DNA of 64,000 nt from an uncultured Methanolobus sp. (GCA_963675495.1 OY776215.1:416001-480000); one strand, 5' to 3'. Positions 53,279 through 62,845 are shown, numbered from the stretch's first letter. Program-made: numbers and translations. The notes: generated by a model not told the origin, from the letters alone.

Positions 53279-55414
53279 TTGCCCACCCATAGTAATAATT
53301 ATAAAAAATTAATATCAACAGTAGCATTGATAACATTGATCGTAAGCTTTTTTGCAGTCGTTGGTTTTGGATACAACCTTGTTTATTCTACAGATAAGAT
53401 GTTGGAAACATCAATCGATTCTGCCAGGCTTGAAGCACAGAGCTCCGCAGAACAGGTTTCATTAAACCTGATGGTTCTTTCAGATGTATCTCAATCAATT
53501 GCTTTTGATCTAAGTTCTGGAGAATTGAAGGAAGAACAGGTAGAAGAAAGACTCTATGAAGCTATTGGTTCCGACCCTGATATCTTTGAAGTGGGTGTAG
53601 AATACGAAAAGGATGCCTCTCAAATATATGGAGAAGATTCGAAATCAGACTATCCCTATGCTCCAACATATTCCAGAAAAAATGGTGAGCCACAACTTTA
53701 CCAGTTATCCTATGATTATACTGTAATATCCGATGAAACTGGTGAAAGTCAAAATACAGCATGGTATCATCGCGCTTTAACCCATGGATGCGGGTTGAAT
53801 AAACCGTATTATGAATCCCAGAGAAACAAGTGTATTATTGAATATTCAATTCCTTTTACATCTGAATACTCCAATCTGAATGAAATAGACCCTGCTGGAG
53901 TTGTCTATGCAAGTTATTCCCTTGAAGAATTAAGGAATACTATAAGTTCACTGGAGCTGGGAAATACAGGATATGGATTTATAGTTTCACAAAGCGGAGA
54001 TGTTGTATCCCACCCCATAAAAAATTATGTCTGCAACAATATTGCCAATATCTCAAAAACTGATGATATGTTCAAACAAATAACCAGCGATATAACACCA
54101 GGCAGTATCAATACGATTTATGAAGTTGAAAGTGGCAATAAGTTATGGATATTCTATGAAGAGATTCCCTCAACGGATTGGGTTCTTGGTATCGTTCTAA
54201 AAGACGAAGAAGTCCTACATCAAATGAATCAGGATCAATATTATCAGAAGATATATTTTTCATTGGCAATTACAGCATTTTTAATATCCATTTTAATTTT
54301 GGGTATTATAAGAAATCCAATCAACACAAATTCTTTGTGGAAAATAGCGATAATATTCTCCATCCTATGTTTTATTGAGATAGGTTTCATTTGGAACCTG
54401 GCCTTGACAAACACGGTTTCAGAAAATATAGATGATATCATTATATATGACAAAACCAGCCTTGACAGCTCTTTGGAAAAAATATATCTCACCGAACTAG
54501 GTAATATGAATGAGGATTACGCTGATTCAATAATCAAGATCCCAACTGGAATATTCATCCAATCTCTCGAATTCTCAACGGGAAGTAATGTGATAGTTAC
54601 TGGTTATGTCTGGCAGAAGCATACCGAAGGTGTTAGCGATGATTACGTCCCAGGAGTTCTTTTTCCAGAGTCTGACCATACTGTAATCAATAAAACCTAT
54701 GAAAAAAATGATGTGACTGGGTGGCATTTTAGAACAACACTACGTGAACAATTTGATTACATAACTTATCCTTTTGATATGGAAACTGTCTGGGTCAGAT
54801 TATGGAGTGACAGTTTTGAAAGTAACATAATCCTCATTCCTGACCTGGAATCATATGACCTGATAGTTCCGGAATCGAAGCCCGGTATCGAAAAAGATTT
54901 TGTTCTTGAAGGCTGGGAAGCTGAAAAAAGTTATTTTTCTTACAGGGTTAACGAATATGATACTAACTTTGGAATCGACGGCTATAAGCACCAGGGTAAT
55001 CCAGACCTTTATTTCAATATAGAACTAAAAAGGGATATTGTGATGCCATTCATCACATACATGGTTCCTTTACTATTAATAGCACTACTGATCTTTATTG
55101 CCCTTTTCACAGAAGTAAAAGCAGATTCTGACCCTTCGGAGATATTGAAATACAGTGCTTCATTAATGCTAGTATTGATGGTAGCACACGTTTCTCTGCG
55201 AGACAACCTTACAGCTTCCGGCATTATTTACCTTGAGTACTTCTATATCATCATGTATTTGGTGGTGCTGGGTGTTTCGTTAAATGCTCTCCTGTTTGCA
55301 TCAGATAAACAAATGCCTTTGATAGATTATAAGGACAATATATTTGCAAAACTTATCTACTGGCCTGCAATTATGGTATTGGTCCTGCTAGTGACAATTA
55401 AAACGTTTTGTTAA
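53279..55414 (+). CDS. Cache-domain-fused prokaryotic pentameric ligand-gated ion channel (Pro-loop family)
   Basis: TM + dCache-like region ('WY...PYY', 'GYGFIVS..G.VVSHP', 'DWVLG') + 2 TM + channel ECD ('VTGYVWQ', 'FDYITYPFD', 'LEGW', 'LYFNIELKR') + four TM helices starting 'YMVPL'. Confidence 0.85.
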   Translation: MPTHSNNYKKLISTVALITLIVSFFAVVGFGYNLVYSTDKMLETSIDSARLEAQSSAEQVSLNLMVLSDVSQSIAFDLSSGELKEEQVEERLYEAIGSDPDIFEVGVEYEKDASQIYGEDSKSDYPYAPTYSRKNGEPQLYQLSYDYTVISDETGESQNTAWYHRALTHGCGLNKPYYESQRNKCIIEYSIPFTSEYSNLNEIDPAGVVYASYSLEELRNTISSLELGNTGYGFIVSQSGDVVSHPIKNYVCNNIANISKTDDMFKQITSDITPGSINTIYEVESGNKLWIFYEEIPSTDWVLGIVLKDEEVLHQMNQDQYYQKIYFSLAITAFLISILILGIIRNPINTNSLWKIAIIFSILCFIEIGFIWNLALTNTVSENIDDIIIYDKTSLDSSLEKIYLTELGNMNEDYADSIIKIPTGIFIQSLEFSTGSNVIVTGYVWQKHTEGVSDDYVPGVLFPESDHTVINKTYEKNDVTGWHFRTTLREQFDYITYPFDMETVWVRLWSDSFESNIILIPDLESYDLIVPESKPGIEKDFVLEGWEAEKSYFSYRVNEYDTNFGIDGYKHQGNPDLYFNIELKRDIVMPFITYMVPLLLIALLIFIALFTEVKADSDPSEILKYSASLMLVLMVAHVSLRDNLTASGIIYLEYFYIIMYLVVLGVSLNALLFASDKQMPLIDYKDNIFAKLIYWPAIMVLVLLVTIKTFC

Positions 55415-55424
55415 ACTAGCATGT

Positions 55425-55470
55425 GAGAACGGGATCAGTGTATAAACACTGCTCCTTTCTGTTTTTTATT
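55425..55470 (+). terminator. Imperfect hairpin followed by T-rich tract
   Basis: GGGATCAGTG-TATAAA-CACTGCTCC then TTTCTGTTTTTT. Confidence 0.5.
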
Positions 55471-55575
55471 CTTCTTCTAATAAAGAAAAAACTGCGAAGG
55501 ATAAAAGTAAAACATTGAAACTACTTTAAGAGAAGATATCTTCAGGTGTATAGACCGAGCACATAAAAACTTATT

Positions 55576-56985
55576 TTAGTTATCATATAAAGGTATTAGA
55601 CTTTGGTCCGGACAACGCAAAGGGATGCTAAAACCAAAAATACTGTAATTACCATATTCACTTCTGATCCAAACTTCTCCTCCGTGAAGCTCGACTAATT
55701 CTTTTACAAGGGAAAGACCCAACCCCGTGCCCTTATGTCCTTTATTGGAATAAAAGTCAACTTGTGAAAACGGTTTGAATAATTTATCAATATCCTGTTC
55801 TTTTATTCCTATACCATCATCTTCAACTTCAAATTGCATCATGTCTTCAACTATGCTACACCGTATAGTTATGTTTCCATCATCATTGACAAACTTGACT
55901 GCATTTCCCACAAGATTGTAAAGTATCTGTTTTAATTTGCCTGCATCAACTTCCAAAGTGGACACATTTGATCTTATATTGGTCTGAATAGATATATTCC
56001 TGGGAGTAGTTGATGGTCTCATACTTTCAACTATATCATTTATAGTGGAAGGAACTAATATAATATCATATTGAAGATCCATTTTTCCAGCTTCTGCTTT
56101 TGATATATCCAGTATATCGTTAATGAGATCCAGCAGATGGTGACCGCTTTTAGATATGTTCTGAGCATATTTTCTTTGTAATTCACCAAATGTTTCAGAT
56201 TCATCATCTGTAAGAATATCAGAAAACCCTATTATAGAATTCAGAGGAGTTCTAATCTCGTGACTCATGCTTGCTAAGAATTTGCTCTTGGCATTGTTTG
56301 AAGCCACAGCAAGTTCTTTTGCCACCTTAAGGTCCCTTTCCATTCTTTTTCTTTCGGTCAGGTCGATCTCCATAGAAAAAATATCCAGTTGATCCTCAGC
56401 TATCGGGACTGCTGAGTAGCTGGAAAATACAGGAATTTTTCTTCCATCTTTAGCAAGGAAAGTCGTTTCAACTGCATTACTATAATTGTTTTCAACCTGT
56501 ACAGAAGTTATGGCTCCTTCAAATTCATCCTTGCTTTCAGCCAAGACTATAAGTTCAGTCATTTTTTTCCCGGTGGCTTCCTTTTTAGAATATCCATACA
56601 TTTTTTCACTTGCAAGATTCCAGTAGTGTACTGTGAGATCAGGAGCAAAACCCTGAACGGCAACATCAGGTACATTATCAATAAAATTCTGAAATTTCGT
56701 TTCATATAAATTCAGTTTGGTTTCCTGGTCCTTTACTGTTCTTGAAAGAGCTACTTGTCTGCTGAGAACCATATGTATTATATTTGCAGTCAGAAGGATC
56801 AGGATAAATGTGAGAGCCTTGATAAAGGTCACATCCCTGGGAGCAAGACCACTTGCAAGAACACTATCAAGCCAGTTAGCAATATAGAACCAGGCACGAT
56901 ATAGTACCAGAACAAATATCAAAAAAGTAGTGACTGTAACCGAGTACGGTCTTTTGAACCATTCTTTGATCCGAAGAGGATCCAT
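55576..56985 (-). CDS. Membrane PAS sensor histidine kinase
   Basis: Two TM helices; PAS; 'MSHEIRTPL', 'NLVGNAVKF', 'DDGIGI', 'GTGLGL'. Confidence 0.9.
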   Translation of the reverse strand: MDPLRIKEWFKRPYSVTVTTFLIFVLVLYRAWFYIANWLDSVLASGLAPRDVTFIKALTFILILLTANIIHMVLSRQVALSRTVKDQETKLNLYETKFQNFIDNVPDVAVQGFAPDLTVHYWNLASEKMYGYSKKEATGKKMTELIVLAESKDEFEGAITSVQVENNYSNAVETTFLAKDGRKIPVFSSYSAVPIAEDQLDIFSMEIDLTERKRMERDLKVAKELAVASNNAKSKFLASMSHEIRTPLNSIIGFSDILTDDESETFGELQRKYAQNISKSGHHLLDLINDILDISKAEAGKMDLQYDIILVPSTINDIVESMRPSTTPRNISIQTNIRSNVSTLEVDAGKLKQILYNLVGNAVKFVNDDGNITIRCSIVEDMMQFEVEDDGIGIKEQDIDKLFKPFSQVDFYSNKGHKGTGLGLSLVKELVELHGGEVWIRSEYGNYSIFGFSIPLRCPDQSLIPLYDN

Positions 56986-57209
56986 ATCCCTCTGATCACT
57001 TTTAATATTGTGAACCCCTGGCTGAAATATAATATTCCTTAACTATGACTTACTGACAAAGCATACAGAACAGTTTATAGTCCCATAACTATATTAGATA
57101 AAAAGGTATTGTATAAAATGAGTGCTATATATATGTGCAAGTTCATGAATACACTCTTTCTAAGAATTCCAATCCTGCACATTATCCCCCCAATAAACGA
57201 GAAAACATC

Positions 57210-57791
57210 ATGCTTGATATAGATTCATTTTCGAGATACTTGAATATTTTCCTGTTCCTTGTGCTGGTTAATTCACTCTTATCGAGATTTGCAGTCATTA
57301 ATTCCCCCATATCACCAGCACCGGGAGTGTCCAGCATGTATTTTGCTGTTGCATTCATGATAATATTTGCCCTCTGGTTTGGAATATGGGGTGCTTTTTC
57401 TGCATATCTTGGATGCATGATAGGAGCTGGCATCCTTGCAGATATGCCCTTTGCAGCAAATGTGATATGGTCATTGGCTGACCTGTGGCAGGTAATCATT
57501 CCCCTGGCTGCCTTTGCACATTTCAAAGTGAACATTAGGATGCGGACAAAAAGGGATATAGCAATCTTTGTCATTTTTGCCTGCCTGCTAAATAATCTTG
57601 CTGGAGCCTTATGGGGCGCATTCATGCTGGCTTCCAATGGTATTATCCCGTGGAATGAATTTTTTGTTACGTTTGAAGGATGGTTCGTGGGCAATTTAGT
57701 AACTACGCTTATAATCGTGCCTTTTTTACTTCGGTATGTAACTCCATATGTTCAGCAGACGAAGTCTTATGTTCATGGATATTGGATTTGA
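57210..57791 (+). CDS. Stand-alone MASE1-like integral membrane protein
   Basis: About six TM helices; 'PGVSSMYFAVA..ALWFGIWG', 'GWFVGNL'. Confidence 0.6.
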   Translation: MLDIDSFSRYLNIFLFLVLVNSLLSRFAVINSPISPAPGVSSMYFAVAFMIIFALWFGIWGAFSAYLGCMIGAGILADMPFAANVIWSLADLWQVIIPLAAFAHFKVNIRMRTKRDIAIFVIFACLLNNLAGALWGAFMLASNGIIPWNEFFVTFEGWFVGNLVTTLIIVPFLLRYVTPYVQQTKSYVHGYWI

Positions 57792-57922
57792 ATTACCAGC
57801 ATCCAGCCTGTAATTACATAGTACCTGTTATTTTGAATATTTCAGAGACAATATCAATCAACAATAAATTATAAATATAAATAATATATATCATAGAAAT
57901 TATAAATATTACAGGACATAAC

Positions 57923-60259
57923 ATGTCTTCGAAAAACGACAATCCTTGTGCTTTTAGTCTTGAAACTGATTCAATGGACCTCTGGGAAGATGGTATCATT
58001 ATACTATCACCAGAAGGAACTGTTTCTTATGCAAATCAAAGCTGGAAAGACTTTGTACACAATAATGGTCTTAATTCCTTCAAATACACTGAAGAAGTCA
58101 ATTATCTCATATTTTTAGATGAAATTACAGCTAAAAAACCAGACAATACAATTAGTGCGGCAAAAGGAATAAGCGATATCATAAATGGAAATACGAATAT
58201 ATTCAAACTTGAATATCCTCACCACGGCCCTGATGGAAAAAAATGGTATTTGATGAAAGTTCAGCCACTTTCTAAAAAAGACCAAACTGCCGTTATTTTG
58301 CAACATATAGATATAACTAAAAGGAAAAAAGCAGAATTCAATCACTTTGAATCTGAAAAACAGATTCATCGCATGCTTAATAACACACAACTTATTGAGA
58401 TTATGCTGGATCCAAAGGGAAATATCATTTACTGCAATGATTTTTTACTGGAACTAACCGGACAGAATAAAGAACATGTGTTTAACAATAACTGGTTTGA
58501 CATGTTCCTGCCACCGGAGATTGTCCCTGAGATCAAGACTGTTTTTGCTAAGACCATCGAAGAAGATAATCTACCTTCACACAACAAGAATGAAATTGTT
58601 ACAAATAAAGGAAGCATAAGAACGATCGTCTGGAATAATACTGCCATTAAGGACATAGATGGTAAGATTAAAAGTATTGTTTGCATTGGTGAAGATATAA
58701 CCGATTATCAACTTACAGAGAAGTCACTGCTTAATAGTAGAGGACAATTACGCACATTAGTAAATACAATTCCAGATCTGGTCTGGCTAAAAGACGTTAA
58801 TGGTACTTACCTGACATGTAATACTAAATTCGAGCGCTTCTTTGGCGCAAAGGAAGAAGAAATTACCGGGAAGACGGATTATGACTTTGTGGACAAAGAA
58901 CTGGCAGATCTTTTCACACAGAAAGACAAGGAAGCAATGAAAGTCGGTAAAGCTTCCATGAATGAAGAAGAAATTACTTATGCTGATGATGGACACAGGG
59001 AATATCTTGAAACGATAAAGTGTCCCATGTATAATTCCAATGGACAACTAATAGGAATACTAGGTGTTGGCAGGGATATAACTCAGCGAAAACATGCAAA
59101 TGAAGAATTGAAAAAAAGAGAATTGCAACTACAGATAGCACAGGAAATTGGGTGCTTTGGAAGTTGGGGTTTTGATTTTAATTCCAGCAATATGGATATT
59201 TCAGAGGAAGCTGCCAGGATATATGGTCTGGAAAATAAACATTACACTATCAAAGAAATACAAGAAATAGCTTTAACGGAACACCGACCGATGTTGGATA
59301 AAGCACGAAAAGCTCTGCTTGAGAGAAATGCACCATATGATGTACAATACAGAATAATAAGACCTACTGATGGGAAGATTCGAGAAATACATTCGGTTGC
59401 AGGTTATTTTGCTGAACGAAATATGGTCATTGGAACAATTCAGGATATTACCGAACGTAAGCAGGCAGAAGAAGAATTACTTCAAGCCAAGCTGGCAGCT
59501 GAAGCAGCTAACAGAACAAAATCAGAGTTCCTTGCTAACATGAGCCATGAACTACGTACACCACTTAATTCAATTTACGGTTTTTCGCAATTATTAAACG
59601 ATAAGATCCCAGGTGAATTGAACGAGAAACAAAATCATTATATTTCCAATGTTCTCAAAAGCAGTAAACACCTGATAGAGCTGATAAATGATATTCTTGA
59701 CCTGTCAAAAGTTGAAGCAGGGAAAATGAAACTTGAATGTGAATATTTTAAAATCGCAAACTTACTAGATGAAATTGTAATATCCATGCAACCTATTGCA
59801 AGAAAGAAAGACATCACCATCAGGACCATAATTGAAATTGATGATGTGGAAATATATGCTGACACTAAAAAAATAAAAGATGTATTGTACAATCTTCTTT
59901 CCAATGCGGTCAAATTCACATCGAAAAATGGAAAAATACACGTCAATGCAACTTGTCATGATGATAAATTACAGATTTTTGTTGCAGATGACGGTATTGG
60001 TATTTCAGAAGATGAAATACAGGAAATATTCAAACCTTTCAAACAGGTTGATAGCTTCTTAACTCGTAAATTCGAAGGAACCGGTCTTGGTCTTGCGCTT
60101 ACAAAGAAATATGTGGAAATGCATGGAGGAAATATCCATGTTGAAAGCAAACCTGGAAAAGGCAGTACTTTTACTTTTGTGATACCTGTTGAAATGAAAA
60201 AGAATTGCTTAACCAGGCAATGTAAACATCAAAACACCCCCAGATTAAAATATGTCTAA
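57923..60259 (+). CDS. Cytoplasmic multi-PAS sensor histidine kinase
   Basis: Four PAS-like domains; 'MSHELRTPL', 'NLLSNAVKFT', 'DDGIGI', 'GTGLGL'. Confidence 0.92.
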   Translation: MSSKNDNPCAFSLETDSMDLWEDGIIILSPEGTVSYANQSWKDFVHNNGLNSFKYTEEVNYLIFLDEITAKKPDNTISAAKGISDIINGNTNIFKLEYPHHGPDGKKWYLMKVQPLSKKDQTAVILQHIDITKRKKAEFNHFESEKQIHRMLNNTQLIEIMLDPKGNIIYCNDFLLELTGQNKEHVFNNNWFDMFLPPEIVPEIKTVFAKTIEEDNLPSHNKNEIVTNKGSIRTIVWNNTAIKDIDGKIKSIVCIGEDITDYQLTEKSLLNSRGQLRTLVNTIPDLVWLKDVNGTYLTCNTKFERFFGAKEEEITGKTDYDFVDKELADLFTQKDKEAMKVGKASMNEEEITYADDGHREYLETIKCPMYNSNGQLIGILGVGRDITQRKHANEELKKRELQLQIAQEIGCFGSWGFDFNSSNMDISEEAARIYGLENKHYTIKEIQEIALTEHRPMLDKARKALLERNAPYDVQYRIIRPTDGKIREIHSVAGYFAERNMVIGTIQDITERKQAEEELLQAKLAAEAANRTKSEFLANMSHELRTPLNSIYGFSQLLNDKIPGELNEKQNHYISNVLKSSKHLIELINDILDLSKVEAGKMKLECEYFKIANLLDEIVISMQPIARKKDITIRTIIEIDDVEIYADTKKIKDVLYNLLSNAVKFTSKNGKIHVNATCHDDKLQIFVADDGIGISEDEIQEIFKPFKQVDSFLTRKFEGTGLGLALTKKYVEMHGGNIHVESKPGKGSTFTFVIPVEMKKNCLTRQCKHQNTPRLKYV

Positions 60260-60335
60260 TTACAGCGTTTTTTAGTGTTTATATTTCATCAGATCTTGTA
60301 AATTGTCTAATTCATAAAGCACTTAAGAAGAGGGA

Positions 60336-61718
60336 TTAGACCCTCTTTCTCAAAGATAAAAATACTGCACCAATTACGCATGCAATTGCGAGCAAAGACT
60401 CAAATCCTGGCAGACTTGAACTTTTCGAACCCGTTCCCTTAGTTCCGAGTTGGGACTGGACCTCGGCATTGATTCTCACCTGTTCTGCCATTTCTTCAAG
60501 TTCAGCTTCGTCCTTGAGCATCTCATAGAAACCATGCCACTGTACAAAATCAGGACCCATCATAAATGCACCCATTCTTGCACGTCTGCCCTCATGATGC
60601 CAGTATTCATAGATCTTGAATTCTATGGGCTCATCAAAGTTCTGCTCGGTCAGTAAGCCATCTTCTCTGAGCTCATCAACTATTAATTTTGAATCTGTGT
60701 ATTTTTGGTTGTATAATGCAACCGTATTGTCTGCATTTACGTAGTAATTTGTGATCCAGTCATCTGAGTGACACTGTGCACACACTGAATACATCCTCTC
60801 CCGCTTTTCCTGCCATGTAGACCCATCACTGATCGGAGTTCCAAATACGTTTGCCGTGTTGTCAGTCCGTCTGGATATCGGTGGTTCAAGTTCCCATGAA
60901 AGACGTGAACTTACATCGTGCGTAGGTTCCAGCTCATCCGTCCCTGACATATGACATACAGTACAGGTAGGCGTCCTATAATCCTCTCCAGCTACCCACT
61001 GCTCAGAACTCCAGTTCCATTGATCTCCTTCAGTATTATAGATGCTTCCGTGCTTTGATTCAAAGAATATCTCTGTCTGAGGATGATCAGGTCCAAGATG
61101 GCATTGTTCACAGGACTCTGGTTTTCGTGCTTCCTCCACAGAGAATAAATGACGTGTGTGGCATGAGGAACACGATCCAAGACTGCCATCCGGATTTATT
61201 CTTCCAATTCCATTGTTTGGCCAGACACTAGGATCATCTGTATTCTTACCGGTCATATTAGTACCATGGCATGCCTGACAACCATTAACCGTAGCATCAT
61301 GATTTACAATGGTCTCACCATCAAACGTTGTTGTGCTTTCAAGATATGGCAGACCTTTATTGTCAAAATCCAGTTCGTAGTATTTGGCACCAAGCGCGTG
61401 CAGACTCCGGGTATTCTCTTCGAACGCTGCAGCATGGCAGGACCCACAGTCGCTTGAAGACACCACAGGTGAAATATAAGTACCCATATGCTCTACAGCA
61501 TCAGAATCATCTGGCTCTGCAATGTGGCAATCTCCACATGATACATCATTCTCTGCATGTTTGCTATTCTCCCAATCATCCACTATCGCCGGAAATACGT
61601 TCATAGAACTATGGCAATCCAGACAGCTATCCAAATCATCCTCTAATGCTGCACCCGATTGAACTAACAAAGCAAAAAGTACGATCAGTGTCCACGTTAA
61701 TAAGTATGCGACCTTCAT
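60336..61718 (-). CDS. Octaheme cytochrome c of the hydroxylamine oxidoreductase (HAO) family with PGF-CTERM anchor
   Basis: GGGGTGG RBS and signal peptide at ATG 61718; eight CxxCH motifs (CLDCH, CGDCH, CGSCH, CQACH, CSSCH, CEQCH, CTVCH, CAQCH); 'RHLFSVEEARKP', 'GPDHPQTEI..SKHG', 'HHEGRRARMGA..GPDFVQWHG'; LPGF + TM helix + RKRV. Confidence 0.92.
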   Translation of the reverse strand: MKVAYLLTWTLIVLFALLVQSGAALEDDLDSCLDCHSSMNVFPAIVDDWENSKHAENDVSCGDCHIAEPDDSDAVEHMGTYISPVVSSSDCGSCHAAAFEENTRSLHALGAKYYELDFDNKGLPYLESTTTFDGETIVNHDATVNGCQACHGTNMTGKNTDDPSVWPNNGIGRINPDGSLGSCSSCHTRHLFSVEEARKPESCEQCHLGPDHPQTEIFFESKHGSIYNTEGDQWNWSSEQWVAGEDYRTPTCTVCHMSGTDELEPTHDVSSRLSWELEPPISRRTDNTANVFGTPISDGSTWQEKRERMYSVCAQCHSDDWITNYYVNADNTVALYNQKYTDSKLIVDELREDGLLTEQNFDEPIEFKIYEYWHHEGRRARMGAFMMGPDFVQWHGFYEMLKDEAELEEMAEQVRINAEVQSQLGTKGTGSKSSSLPGFESLLAIACVIGAVFLSLRKRV

Positions 61719-61849
61719 GTTCCACCCCATGTGTATAATGCTTCTGTAAAAATGATACGATAGATCCCCTATAAAATAATAGACAGAGCTTTGATAAAAA
61801 GCTGTGGTGAGGTGGAAGAACAACACAGCAATTATCCAAGAAACAAAAT

Positions 61850-62172
61850 CAGCATCAGAAAAGATAATTGTAAATGGTGGGCCCGATGTGTTTCGCAACT
61901 CCGATGACGCTTCGGAAGCGCGAATCGAGGTGCATCGCTACGCTCAGCACCGCAATAATAACAAAAAAACAACTAAGCTCCTTACATAAACCAGCATCAG
62001 AAAAGATAATTGTAAATGGTGGGCCCGATGTGTTTCGCAACTCCGATGACGCTTCGGAAGCGCGAATCGAGGTGCATCGCTACGCTCAGCACCGCAATAA
62101 TAACAAAAGAACAACTAAGCTCCTTACATAAACCAGCATCAGAAAAGATAATTGTAAATGGTGGGCCCGATG
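61850..62172. repeat. tRNA-linked tandem repeat: two 142-bp units plus a 39-bp third copy overlapping the tRNA 3' end
   Basis: Units start at 61850, 61992 and 62134; the full units differ at one base (61967 A / 62109 G); each contains TGGTGGGCCCGATG, the reverse complement of the tRNA-Val 3' end including CCA. Confidence 0.97.
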
Positions 62173-62235
62173 AGATTCGAACTCATGATCCTCGCCGTGT
62201 AAAGGCGATGTCATAACCAGCTAGACCACGGGCCC
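62159..62235 (-). tRNA. tRNA-Val (anticodon TAC), CCA encoded
   Basis: GGGCCCGTGGTCTAGCTGGTTATGACATCGCC-TTTACAC-GGCGAGGATCATGAG-TTCGAAT-CTCATCGGGCCCACCA folds as a cloverleaf. Confidence 0.97.
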
Positions 62236-62304
62236 ACAGTGTTTGCGAATAAAGTTGTTCGGTGACGGTTTCGCCCACGAGCAACTCCTTAATGTAACTA
62301 GTTG

Positions 62305-62320
62305 TATATAACCTTTTTTG
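62305..62320 (-). promoter_or_regulatory. BRE/TATA promoter of tRNA-Val
   Basis: Minus strand CAAAAAAGG-TTATATA about 70 nt upstream of the mature tRNA. Confidence 0.6.
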
Positions 62321-62412
62321 ATGGAAACTTGGAAATTGGATGAAAATCTTAATTTCTCACTGTTTTTTACTTCCATCTGACAGTATTTCAAATTGAAATT
62401 GGATTAAATAAT

Positions 62413-62715
62413 TTAAACCATATAGTCCACAACAACCCTGTCATCATTGATCTTGCCGACAAATTCGGCAACCTTCATGTGCTCAGGGTGGTCCTGATAA
62501 ATCTTAAATGCTTCCTCATCTTTAAACTCGGAATAGAGAACAACATCATAAGCAACAGCTGAAGGATTTTCATTAATTCCCACCTCTATCACTTCAATCT
62601 CAGGGATCATACTTTTGAGAGTTTCAAGCATTTCCTTCATAAGCAATGCATTCCCAATGTTGCTCTTTCCTTCAGCATTTTCCTTTAACTTCCACATAGC
62701 AATATGTTTAAACAT
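62413..62715 (-). CDS. Dabb-family stress-responsive A/B barrel protein
   Basis: 'MFKHIAMWKLKE...IPEI...YDVVLYSEF...YQDHPEH...VVDY'. Confidence 0.88.
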   Translation of the reverse strand: MFKHIAMWKLKENAEGKSNIGNALLMKEMLETLKSMIPEIEVIEVGINENPSAVAYDVVLYSEFKDEEAFKIYQDHPEHMKVAEFVGKINDDRVVVDYMV

Positions 62716-62845
62716 GTGATATTCCTCTTTTCTGCAAATGCTGACATGTCTTATGTCTTTTATGTTCAAACATGCAAGAATACGATATCCTGAAAAAATA
62801 GTGCTGATAGGTATTTAAATACTAACAAAGTGAAATAGGGCAATA

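Noticed and set aside
61719-61898. N-terminal extension of the cytochrome ORF and short ORFs at 61804-62216
   Set aside because: They arise from the tandem repeat and tRNA; the RBS and signal peptide support ATG 61718
61850-62172. CRISPR array interpretation of the repeat-spacer-repeat pattern
   Set aside because: The 'spacers' are 103 bp and near-identical, the repeat is the tRNA 3' end, and no cas genes are present
44452-62235. Integrated genomic island bounded by tRNA-Val
   Set aside because: No integrase and no further copy of the tRNA 3' end noticed left of 61850; the cytochrome lies outside the duplicated ends
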